A stretch of 64,000 bases of DNA from Podarcis cretensis (taxonomy: Eukaryota): positions 36,146,001-36,210,000 of the forward strand of contig OX638159.1 in NCBI GenBank assembly GCA_951804945.1, in the 5' to 3' direction. The notes under the pieces were generated by a model that was not told where the DNA came from, did no database searches, and saw nothing but the letters and a program-made list of their open reading frames with translations. Shown here in pieces: positions 1 through 10,295 of this stretch. A program made the translations under genes and the position numbers. The first letter of the stretch is position 1. Every line of letters starts with the position of its first letter.

Positions 1-329
1 TATGGCTCTCCTCCAGTTGTCACACTTGTATATCTTACTCCTGTTTATTCAAAAACTGTTTTGAATTCTCAAGATGAGTAGCAAAGGTCTCATTAATTGA
101 TAAGGGATATGAGCTTCAGAGAAGCACCATAACAGATGATGAAATGTAAATCAAAACACCATTGTAAAGGGAAATATAAATAAAGATAGCTAGGACAGGG
201 GGGAAATTTCAAAACTGAAAATACAGTTATGACAATTGAGAGGATATGACATTTTGCTTACACAAACGCTTTGCATAGAATAAATTGTATATATCAAAAC
301 CCTTTAGTTAGGTCATGAAGTATTAACAT

Positions 330-700
330 TTTACAATATACAAAATCCTCATTATCTACTTCTATAACTCTTGCTCTCTGTAGACTTTTTTATTTTTGCA
401 TTGGGTCACTTAGTGAGTAAACACTGGGGCTTAAGGAGAGGCCCAAGATACTGTAATTAAAACTATTATTTGGCAAGACTCTATAGAGGACAAGCAGGAA
501 ATCTACCCAGACTAATCCGTCTCCAGCCCCACATGAAACTATTACCCTTGTCTGGCAGTCTGAGTGCCTGGAATGAAAAAAAGCAAGATTATGTTTTTTT
601 AAAACAAAACAAAACAAAAATAATAATAAACCCCGGTAGCAGAACATAATTCACTTATAGTCTTATGGGCATCAAATTGGAAGGTGACCTTTTCTTAGCC
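330..700 (-). mobile_element. possible decayed 3' end of a non-LTR retrotransposon ORF
   Basis: Minus-strand translation (..HSDCQTRVIVSCGAGDGLVWVDFLLVLYR..) resembles a degenerate C-terminal CCHC knuckle region of a LINE ORF2, followed by an AT-rich tail. Weak; boundaries approximate. Confidence 0.3.
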
Positions 701-1394
701 TTTTGTTCAGCTAGCAGCTAAAGAGGTTTCTTCAGCACACTAATGGCTCAGTTCCTTGCTGGCTCAATGGCTTTTGAAAGATGGAGGTGTTGTGTAATGC
801 CCCAAAGGCCTGAGATGAGGAAAGGCCACGCAACTCGGGACATGATTCATGCCCTCAGAAAAGCACTCGGCTTAAGCTGGCCACCTATTTATTTAATAAA
901 TGTATTAGCCAACAACCAAAATACAGTATTTTCCCATGCTGGGTTATGACATTTAAAACCATATAAAACACGAACACTATAATCACTATTCTTTATACCA
1001 GCAGTGAAAAAGAAAACAAAACCCCATTTCAAATCCTTATTCATCATTTGATTTCTTTCCATATAGAGTGGGTTACCATGAAATGCTAGGCCATAATGAT
1101 GACTCAGCTTGGATCCCAGAGCTTGTCGGTTCCTCTTCTTGCCTCCAGCTGCTATGCTGCCTTGAGCTAAGCTACGGATTGACACAGAACAAGGGTGGGG
1201 AACTGGATCAGGCCAGTGGGACAGACCCTTCCCTTCCCTAAATCTTGCAGCCCAAATTTGACTGGTGCGTGGGGCTGCCCACCTGTTAATTGCATGGAAT
1301 CAAAATGATAGTGGGATTTCAGACCTCCCCACAGGGCTTGCAAAGAGTGCCTTTGAAATGTCTCATCAGCTGAGGCTTGAAGCCGCTGCTTATA

Positions 1395-1636
1395 CAGTGG
1401 TACCTCGGGTTACATACGCTTCAGGTTACATACACTTCAGGTTACACACTCCGCTAACCCAGAAATAGTGCTTCAGGTTAAGAACTTTGCTTCAGGATGA
1501 GAACAGAAATCCTGCTCCAGTGGCGCGGCAGCAGCAGGAGGCCCCATTAGCTAAAGTGGTGCTTCAGGTTAAGAACAGTTTCAGGTTAAGTACGGAATTC
1601 CGGAACGAATTAAGTACTTAACCTGAGGTACCACTG
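1395..1636. mobile_element. Tc1/mariner (Tigger/pogo-like) MITE, family A
   Basis: TIR CAGTGGTACCTC..GAGGTACCACTG flanked by TA on both sides; internal repeats of TTCAGGTTA; closely similar copies at 3254 and 53998. Confidence 0.9.
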
Positions 1637-1780
1637 TATTACAAGCCAGCCATGTGGTCACACATCATACTTACCTACAGCTTTATCAGCTAACCTGTTC
1701 ATTGAGCATTCCTCTTGATTTGTTTGCACAAAGCTTATGTGAGGGTTACACCATGTCCAGGCTTCACTGAACATTTGTTC

Positions 1781-1810
<30 letters not shown>
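1781..1810. repeat. (ATTG)n microsatellite, probably the tail of a reversed L2-like remnant (to ~1900)
   Basis: tgattgattg.. tract seen directly. Confidence 0.8.
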
Positions 1811-1812
<2 letters not shown>

Positions 1813-3128
1813 GATGTTTCTATGCTGCTCTGTATCAGAGGATCATAGGGTGGTTTGCAATATAAAAACACAAACACGCATAACAATAACATATCTACAT
1901 ACCTGGATTTCCCCCCCTAAGGTGTCATATGGTAGTGAGCAGTCATGTGACTTGCTTGCGGGAGTGTTTATACATCTTTCCATTAACTGTTGATTCATCC
2001 CACACTTTTCAGTGCTTCCCCCCCCCCCACAAAAATTCTGCTCCCTTGCCCCACCAGAGTTGTTGCACTAGGCTACGGCAACAGCCCCCTCCCACAACTA
2101 GTGTTTAATTGTGGGTGTATTCTAGCATCTTCCTGACACAATAATAGAGCATTAGGGGTCAGAGCCAGCCCACGCATTAGCTGGGGGAAGTGGCTGCCTC
2201 AGGTTGCACCACCCATGGGGCATCGGCCAACTTCTCCCACTTGCCTTTGCCGCTGGTCTCCACCGCCTCTAGAAGCAGAGGCGGACTGGCTGCAAAGCAA
2301 GCTCTGCAGAATGCTTTCCCTCCAGCCGAGTCGGTGAGAGGGGAGGTGTTCTACCAACCAGCTTTGCTGCTGGGTAGGGGGGAAATCTCCCCCCTGCTCA
2401 GCGGTGTGGTGAGGCTTTCCAGATCTCCCCCAAGTACTTCTGTCCAGGTTCTTCTAGGTATGAGAAGTCAAAGTATGATGAACCCAAACATGTTAACATA
2501 GAGCTTTGTTAGGCCGGGTGGGTTTGTAACTGGAAATCTGGGACCGTGTCTTTCCCAGGAAGTTATTTGGTGTGCATATCTTCGACATGACAAAGCAAGT
2601 GGGTTTCTTTGTTTCTTCTAACTGAGAAAGCAAATTAACTGGGAATATGGAGAGAAACCTCATTTTAAATGAGGTTGACTCAGCTGGTGTCTTGAACCAA
2701 AAGGGCAATGTGTACGTTTGCCCCTATATTTAGAGATGTGCTCTGTAAGTAAGAAGCACTTGCACAACACATTTAGAAACTCAAGTTTCAAATGAGTACA
2801 GGTATGTTATATTTAGAACACCTGAATTTCAAAATGTGTTGTGCAATTGTCACTGTCAAACCCATATGGCTGCAATCTTTTCATTCTTACCCAGGAGTAA
2901 GCCCCATAAAACACATGGTGGAGCTTACTTCTGAGTCATGTTATATAGGATTGCACAGTAACCCATTTGCTGTTTCACTGCAGTGATTTTTGAACTATCT
3001 CCCAGGAGCTTTCTTGGAAGCTTATGAGAAGCCCAGAAGATCAATAATGGATTGCAAGCTTCCCTGAAAGATCTCTTGCCCTCTCCAAGTGGTCTTCCCT
3101 GTACGTAATGCTTGTTTGTTTAGTAGAT

Positions 3129-3175
3129 TTCTATTCTATTCTATTCTATTCTATTCTATTCTATTCTATTCTATT
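3129..3175. repeat. (CTATT)n microsatellite; tail of a reversed L2-like remnant (~3120-3730) that hosts two MITEs
   Basis: Perfect pentamer array followed by cctgcccctcaccagcag..ttacaacaatttaaaa, typical of reversed L2-type tails. Confidence 0.75.
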
Positions 3176-3253
3176 ACCTGCCCCTCACCAGCAGGTTCCA
3201 GGGTCAGTTACAACAATTTAAAATTCAGTATTAAAATCTGTTAAAGCAAATTA

Positions 3254-3479
3254 CAGTGGTACCTCGGGTTACATATGCTTCAGGTTACACACTCTGCTAA
3301 CCCAGAAATAGTGCTTCAGGTTAAGAACTTTGCTTCAGGATGAGAACAGAAATCGTGCTCCGGCGGCACAGCGGCATTGGGAGGCCCCATTAGCTAAAGT
3401 GGTGCTTCAGGTTAAGAACAGTTTCAGGTTAAGAACGGACCTCCGGAACGAATTAAGTACTTAACCTGAGGTACCACTG
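3254..3479. mobile_element. Tc1/mariner (Tigger/pogo-like) MITE, family A
   Basis: Same TIRs and TA TSD as 1395-1636. Confidence 0.9.
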
Positions 3480-3503
3480 TACAGCCACAGGAATGGTTTG
3501 GTC

Positions 3504-3661
3504 CAGTGGCGTAGCGTGGGTTGTCAGCACCCGGGGCAAGGCAAGTAATTTGCGCCCCCTAACCCTGGATTTGCGCCCCCTAACCCTATCCCTAACCCTA
3601 ACCCCCAGATGTTGCGCCCGGTGCGGCCGGCCCCCCCTGCACCCCCCACGGTACGCCACTG
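3504..3661 (+). mobile_element. hAT-type MITE with internal telomere-like CCCTAA repeats, copy 1
   Basis: TIR CAGTGGCGTAGCGTGGG / CCCACGGTACGCCACTG; perfect 8-bp TSD GTTTGGTC at 3496-3503 and 3662-3669. Confidence 0.93.
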
Positions 3662-3730
3662 GTTTGGTCCTCCCCACCCCCCCCCCCCCAAAAACAAACA
3701 TCCTAGGAGTCAAAGGCTGGAGTAAAGAGT

Positions 3731-3761
<31 letters not shown>

Positions 3762-3806
3762 TATAGTGAAGGTTCCAGACCCCTGTGAGGAGGGGATTTC
3801 AAAACT

Positions 3807-3948
3807 CCCCTGGTAGCTCAGTCGGTAGAGCATGAGACTCTTAATCTCAGGGCGGTGGGTTCAAGCCCCATGTTGGGCAAAATATTCCTGCATTACAGAG
3901 GGTTGGACTAGGTAGTCTCTTCCAGCTCTGCAATTCTATGCTTCTATG
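3807..3948 (+). mobile_element. tRNA-Lys(CTT)-derived SINE with CR1-like tail (Squam2-like)
   Basis: Head TAGCTCAGTCGGTAGAGCATGAGACTCTTAATCTCAGGG..GGTTCAAGCCCC matches tRNA-Lys-CTT with A/B boxes; tail ggttggactag..ttccagctct..ttctatg is CR1-type. Confidence 0.8.
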
Positions 3949-4782
3949 AACTCCCACAATCTCTGACCACTGGTCATAGTTGATGGGACTGACCTAGGAA
4001 GTTCTCTCTGTGTGAACAGTCTGGGTTATGGCTATTACTCTTAAAGGGGCTGCACGGCAGATATCTGGCTAAGTAACACAGCACACACCCCTGGTGCTCT
4101 TAATATTATTACCACACCATGCAACAGCTTGGTTGCTTGTGAAGTCAGACTAGCCCCGCTTCCGTAAGATATCCAAGTGTCCTTATCGCTGGGGGTAAGC
4201 AAGGCTGTCACCTTGGGGAAGGACTTGCAGGTGCAAAGGTATTGACATATAAATAATAAGCAGGCTGCTGTTGACACAGGAACATTATTTAACCTGTCGC
4301 CGGAGTTTTAAATCTTGGCTTTGGGTGTGACTGGGAACAAGTGCACACTCCCCAAACAGCACAGTTCCTCTATGCTGAAATGCTAAAGCTATCATGAAAA
4401 GAACAAATATCCATGCACACACAAACGGGAACAACGGCGCACTATGGAAACAATGGTGTCAACAGTATTGACTGAGAGTAGCAACAGCCGGAGGCGCAGT
4501 TTAAAAAACAGTCATGCACTCAACGGTTTGGAAATATCGCAGTGCACTAAGAAGTACAGCGAAGAGGTGGGGATGTCAATAGCATGAGATGGAGAATTGG
4601 AGATGGGGGAGATCTGCTCTTGAAAATTCCACAGGGGTTGGAGGGAGGAGGCAAAGGCTACCCCCCTTTCCCGTCCCCCCCCCTTCCTTAAATTAAAATT
4701 AATAGATGTTTCATGCACCAGCAAAATTTGCATTTCCCAGAAGCAACAGATCATTTGTTTATCCCCATGTACCCCAAATTAG

Positions 4783-5132
4783 GGGACACGGGTGGCGCTG
4801 TAGGTTAAACCACAGAGCCTAGGACTTGCCAATCAGAAGGTCGGCAGTTCAAATCCCCGCGACTGGGTGAGCTCCCGTTGCTCGGTCCCTGCTCCTGCCA
4901 ACCTAGCAGTTCGAAAGCCCGTCAAAGTGCAAGTAGATAAATAGGTACCGCTCCAGTGGGAAGGTAAACGGCGTTTCCGTGCGCTGCTCTGGTTCGCCAG
5001 AAGCGGCTTAGTCATGCTGGCCACATGACCCGGAAGCTGTACGCCGGCTCCCTCAGCCAATAAAGCGAGATGAGCGCCGCAACCCCAGAGTCAGTCATGA
5101 CTGGACCTAATGGTCAGGGGTCCCTTTACCTT
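4783..5132 (+). mobile_element. Sauria SINE (Squam1), full length, subtype A
   Basis: GGGACACGGGTGGCGCTGT head, GTGCAAGTAGATAAATAGGTACC core, (TTTACC)n tail; 13-bp TSD TACCCCAAATTAG (4770-4782, 5133-5145). Confidence 0.95.
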
Positions 5133-5261
5133 TACCCCAAATTAGAAAGCTTTCCATATCTTGTAGCACATGCAAACTCACTTGCCCCTCTGCCCAGTCT
5201 TGATATTGCCTTGGATATATGCATGTAATTAAAGCCCAAAGCTCCCTTCTAGGTAGCAGTA

Positions 5262-5730
5262 AGATGGGGTGGCGAACCTCCAGCCCACAGTTTGCCGGGA
5301 GTTTGAATTTCACCCACTAGGATATTTTCCCCAAACCATGCTCCCCTGTCAATCATCTGATGCCACTCTGAGGGGCAGATGCCATCAACTGATGGGTAGG
5401 GGCAGGGTTCAATTCTGTTCCACAGGGAACTGGCACATACAGCCAAGGCAGCAGGATTTAACCCCACCCACCCACCTTCTTATCAGTTGATGAGTGGGTA
5501 GTTTAATGCTACTCAGACCCTTGCGGAAATCAGGACTGAACTATCTGCTCATCTGCAGAGAGTTCAATCCTGCTTAGTGTTGCTTCGCCCCTGTGGGTGG
5601 CAGGTGGGTGGCACTGACCTGTCACGTAGTATAATGATAATAACAGATGATTGACAGAAGTGTGGCCCCACCCATCTGTCAAAGCTGACCCACAGAGGTG
5701 GGAGGAAATGAAGATCTGGCCAAAAAAGTT
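5262..5730. mobile_element. old non-autonomous hAT-like element; relatives at ~1190-1760, ~6680-7600, ~27860-28450
   Basis: Terminus GGGGTGGCGAACCT; motifs cacctgtcaatcacctgac and gcaggatttaacccc shared among the listed copies. Boundaries approximate. Confidence 0.5.
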
Positions 5731-6679
5731 TCCCAGCAATAAGATGTTGTGATTGCTTCTCTTTTGAATAAACACCCCCCCCCCCCATAAAAACCCTCAT
5801 ACGAACTAAAGCAATATTGCCCCTAAAGAACAGTCGCCCAGTTTTAAAAGTAGAAGAGTCTGTTTTTAACAAACAATTCTAAAACATGTTCCTATTTAAT
5901 CGTCTATTACAACAGTTGTCCAAAGCATAGAACTAATGAGCTCAACAGAGATGGAGGAAAGGACCCAAAGATCCACGAGATTAAGGACAACAGTTGCTGA
6001 TGCTCTTCTACAAGCATATACAAGTTCCTGGAATGCTATAATAGCAGGTTCTATAGCAGATTTAGATTCCGTTCTGCCTTTCTCGCACGGCAGAGGATCT
6101 TACATTCAAGTAGCTATGCTTTCAACTGGGCTGAAAATACTGAATCTGCTGCCACAAAATGTCAAGATCTAAAGAAGCCACTCCAGGCTGTCCACATGCC
6201 CGACTAAGTGCACGCACCTGAATCAATTTACTGTGTGTAAGTGGAGTGTATTTTACAGCTTGCTGAGTTCACATGCAATTCCTACCGAAGGAATTTCTGA
6301 TGATTCATTTTAATTTAATCGGACCACATGCCGGAGTAATTGTGCACCTGTCAAGACATTCAGGCACTTGTCAGAATATCTGTTGATAGTCAAGTTTAAT
6401 GACTTGCCACTCAAAGAAATGGCAAGGTAGAAAAAAGCAGCCTCCGCTGGCATTTAACCGCACCACCAGACTATCCAAAGTATTTATGATGTGTACCTAA
6501 TTAAGCAGGGTGGAAAGTAAGTTTTCCCCCATGTTTTATGTGTTATGCAATCGCCCACTCACTTGGGAGCTATGTGCAAAACAACTGAAATTTGCACTGC
6601 TGATTTAACAGTGCAGTGCAATGGGATCTCTCGTCCCTTTCAGAGTCTCAAGGTGCTATTTGGATCAGCTACTCTCCTA

Positions 6680-7600
6680 CAGGAGTAGGAAACCTTTTGG
6701 GCTTGAGAGGCCACACACCCTTCCTTATCTGGACCCAACCACCATGGGCCACTTTGGACAAGTGGGCAGCCCATCTTACCTGTCAATCACCTGACATCCC
6801 ACCCACCTGTCAAAGTCCAATGTGAAAAGCTTCACAGGCATGTGACAGCTGGTTGCCACAGGCTATGGGGCTTTGTTGCTCCAGTAGCACCAAGTGGTTT
6901 CCATTGAAATAGATGCTAAAATTGAGCTTTCCCCCTTCATTTTCACAGCTGTTTCAATGGGAAACACTACTGGTGCAAGGCACACTTCCCTCAACCATCA
7001 GCTGATGCACTGGGGAGAGCACACCTTGATCCAGGAAAGGAACAATCCGGAGCGCACTTTAAGACCTGCCTGGACATATATGACATCAGGTGGGCATCGT
7101 ATAGGTGAAATGTCCTTGAAGGCCAAATGGGGAGGTCTGGTGGGCCAAACTTCCCCTATAGGCTGAAGTAAAAGGTAAAGGGACACAGGTGGTGCTGTGG
7201 TCTAAACCACTGAGCTTCTTGGGCTTGTCGATCGGAAGGTCAGTGGTTCGAATCTGCATAACAGGGTGAGCTCCCATTGCTTTATCCCAGCTTCTGCCAA
7301 ACTAGCAGTTTGAAAGCACACCAGTGCAAGTAGATAAATAGGTACCGCTGCGGCATGAAGGTAAACAGTGTTTCCATGCATTATGGTTTCCGTCACAGTG
7401 TTCTGCTGTGCTAGAAATTGTTTAGTCATGTTGGCCACATGACCCAGAAAGCTGTCTGTGGACAAACACCAGCTCTCTTTGCCTGAAGCGAGATGAGCGC
7501 CACAAACCCATAGTCACCTTTGACTGGACTTAACAGTCCAGGGGTCATTTACCATTTACCTTTTACCTTATAGGCTGAGGATACCCAACCCTACTGTACT
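6680..7600. mobile_element. old non-autonomous hAT-like element interrupted by a Sauria SINE
   Basis: Starts CAGGAGTAGGAAACCT, ends GGATACCCAACCCTACTG; shares internal motifs with the 5262 and 27860 copies. Confidence 0.5.
7168..7568 (+). mobile_element. Sauria SINE subtype B with an extra inverted tail at its 5' end
   Basis: SINE body from 7180; TSD TATAGGCTGA (7157-7166, 7569-7578). Confidence 0.92.
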
Positions 7601-8544
7601 ATGTTTGTTTGTTCATCTATTTATTTATTGAATTTCTATCCCATCATTTCTCCGGTAGGAGCCTAGGGCATCAAATATCAAGTGTATGGAGCTGGGCATA
7701 TTGATAATTGTAACAGAGTCAGGGACAGCTCTATCACTAGATAGACGGAGGCACAGGGGGAAGGCAATGAGGTGCTGGATGACAGATCTCTGTGTGCCAC
7801 ATGGCCTGCTTTGTACCCTCTAAGCTAACCTCCTGCCACCAAATGTGGTAGAAGGCATTGTCCCATTTCCTGTCGGCTTCTCTGCATGAAATTTGTGGGA
7901 GAGGTGAGGGTGGGATCTTGCCTCAGGCAGCAGAATTTCCTGGCCCCGCTCTGGCCAGAGTAGTGATAATATTCTATAATTCCTCTTCTGCTGATGGTGC
8001 ATTATCTAGATGTGGAGCTCAAAGGCACTTTGATCTGAGAGAAAAAAGAAGCCAAGTGTTTTGATGAGATGCAGGGGGCGGAGACGAAGGGTGAAAAGGT
8101 GGAATATATCGGATAAAATTAAATACTGACTTTCCCCAGTCTGAATCCCCTCCGGGGCAGCAGATCAATTTCTCTTCTCATCAAAACTCACCTTTATTGG
8201 CTGATCTTTTTCTTCTATTGAATTGCTGCCAGCACAGGGAGCACGGCCTTGATTTGAATTTCAGAGACAAGATTTGCAGAAAGTGGAAAAGTCATCGGCA
8301 AAGTATGATAGGAGGAAAAGGGGGGGGGGAGCAGCCAAGGGGTTGAGCTTGATTCAGTATTGAGCAAGCTGCCCAGCTGCTGGCCACCAAGGATGCAAAA
8401 GCAGCATGGCAAAATATTTGCTGAGAATTCTAATCTGGAGAAGCAAAGAGGACACTAGAATCAACAGTGCAGGAGAATCTGCAAAGGCCACTAGTGAAGG
8501 AAAAGTCTTTGGCATATATTCTAAAGAAGAGAAAATAATATTCC

Positions 8545-8843
8545 CACCCAAGGTGGCCCTGCCCTCTGCCTGCCCTTCGGAGCCGGTGCGTCGTGAGGGC
8601 TGGGCCTCAGTGGCAACAGCCTCTCCTTCTCCTTTCCTACAAGCTGCCCAAGGGAGGAGGCCAGCAGTAGTGGCCATGGAGAGGCACCAGGGTGCACCTT
8701 TGCCACTGCAGCCGCCGCTCAGGAAAAGCCCTGGCTCATCCTCCTGCCTAACCTGACAGGGGAAACAGGGACTTTCTGGGATCAAATTAAATTTTGTAAT
8801 TCCAGGACTGTCCCTGGAAAACTGGGACACTTGGAAGGTATGC
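8545..8843. mobile_element. partial copy of the CATACCCTCCAA-terminus MITE family
   Basis: Ends GGGACACTTGGAAGGTATG; body is the reverse complement of the 34567/39954 copies. Confidence 0.7.
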
Positions 8844-9479
8844 TACAACACTGGGAGGAGAACATAGTCCTTGTGTCTTAAGCCATTGACCATCTTATCT
8901 TCCAAAAATTTGCCTAACCTTCCTGTAATGCCCTTACAAGTTGGTAGCCCTCACCACATAAGAACAAATACCACAGTCCACCCACCAGATATGCCCGCCC
9001 TACTTTCAGGCCTGCTGGAATCTACGCATGGAATAAATATTTACACAGTGTCTGCACAAATAAAGCTCATCATACATAGGCCTAAATCAGGCATGCATTA
9101 ACCTACATAACGTCCAGGAAACAGTTTTTCATGCATAGGCCCCAATGCAAATGTTATGTTATGAATAGGTATGCATGCTCAGTCTGGCTTTCTCACTGTG
9201 CATAATCATGGCCTATAGGCTATATACATGAGTTGACAAAATACCTCCTCTTTCATTATATCTGGAAGTATGCATAGTGTTTTAGAGAATAATAAGATGT
9301 TAGAGGGGGGTTTTAGGTCACTTTCTGACCAGAATAAAATTCAAGCAAAAATATTACTTACAAAATTTTAAGACAATGAAACCTTAACATTTTTAAGAAG
9401 ACTAAAAGTCAAACACATCTGTGTTCCGGCCACAAATGTCAAAGAGAGCAAGAGCAATTTTTTTTGGGGGGGGGGGTAG

Positions 9480-10295
9480 TGCCTCTTTAATTTTATTTAG
9501 TTCATAAAATGTATACAATGCTTGATAGTATAAAACTGCAAGGCATTTTACAAAAAGAATAAAACAATAAAATTATTGATAAAAACAGTTAAAACAACTA
9601 TTTAAAACATAAGAAACAATGATAAACTAAAAACAAATTAAAAACACACACCAACATGCTACATATCTGGGTAGGCTTGGCTAAACAAAAATGTTTCTTG
9701 TTGTTGATTAGTTGTTTAGTTGTGTCCGACTCTTCGTGACCCCATGGACCAGAGCACGCCAGGCACTCCTGTCTTCCACTGCCTCCCGCAGTTTGGTCAA
9801 ACTCATAGTGGTAGCTTTGAGAACACTGCCCAACCATCTCATCCTCTGTCGTCCCCTTCTCCTTGTGCCCTCCATCTTTCCCAACATCAGGGTCTTTTCC
9901 AGGGAGTCTTCTCTTCTCATGAGGTGGCCAAAGTATTGGAGCCTCAGCTTCAGGATCTGTCCTTCCAGTGAGCACTCAGGGCTGATTTCCTTAAGAATGG
10001 GTAGGTTTGATCTTCTTGCTGTCCATGGGACTCTCAAGAGTCTCCTCCAGCACCATAATTCAAAAGTGTCAATTCTTTGGTGATCCGCCTTCTTTATGGT
10101 CCAGCTCTCACTTCCATACATCACTACAGGGAAAACCATAACTTTAACTATACGGACCTTTGTTGGCAAGGTGATGTCTCTGCTTTTTAAGATGCTGTCT
10201 AGCAGGTAGCAAAAAGAGTACAGTGAAGGCATCTGCCTGATATCAATAGGCAGGGAGTTCCAACGTGTAGGTGCTGCCACACTAAAAGACTGATT
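9480..10295 (-). mobile_element. L2-like LINE 3' remnant hosting BovB copy 1
   Basis: aaacaaaaatgttt / caggtagcaaaaagagtacagtgaagg..gggagttccaacgtgtaggtgctgccacact reads continuously across the BovB insert. Confidence 0.6.
9698..10202 (-). mobile_element. BovB (RTE-clade) LINE, 5'-truncated 3' fragment
   Basis: ORF text LDSILKSRDITLPTKVRIVK.MVFPVVMYGSESWTIKKA..LEKTLMLGK.EG.RRRGRQR..WRALVHGVTKSRT is the BovB C-terminus; (CAA)n tail. Confidence 0.95.

Noticed and set aside
1395-1636. CRISPR-like spaced TTCAGGTTA repeats
   Set aside because: Eukaryotic context, irregular spacing, repeats too short; these are internal repeats of a TA-flanked MITE.
3555-3606. True telomere or chromosome-fusion relic
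   Set aside because: Only a few CCCTAA units, enclosed by TIRs and TSDs and repeated at three loci; it is transposon cargo.
3453-3833. 126-aa and 107-aa ORFs, also repeated at 15045-15326
   Set aside because: Read-through of the GC-rich MITE and a (CA)n tract; no protein features.
3807-3879. tRNA-Lys(CTT) gene
   Set aside because: Acceptor stem and arms carry mismatches, it runs straight into a CR1-like tail, and similar copies occur at 41545 and 62395; it is a SINE head.
9598-10083. Overlapping ORFs in alternative frames and strands of BovB
   Set aside because: Shadow frames of the BovB coding sequence; same for 13534-14007.
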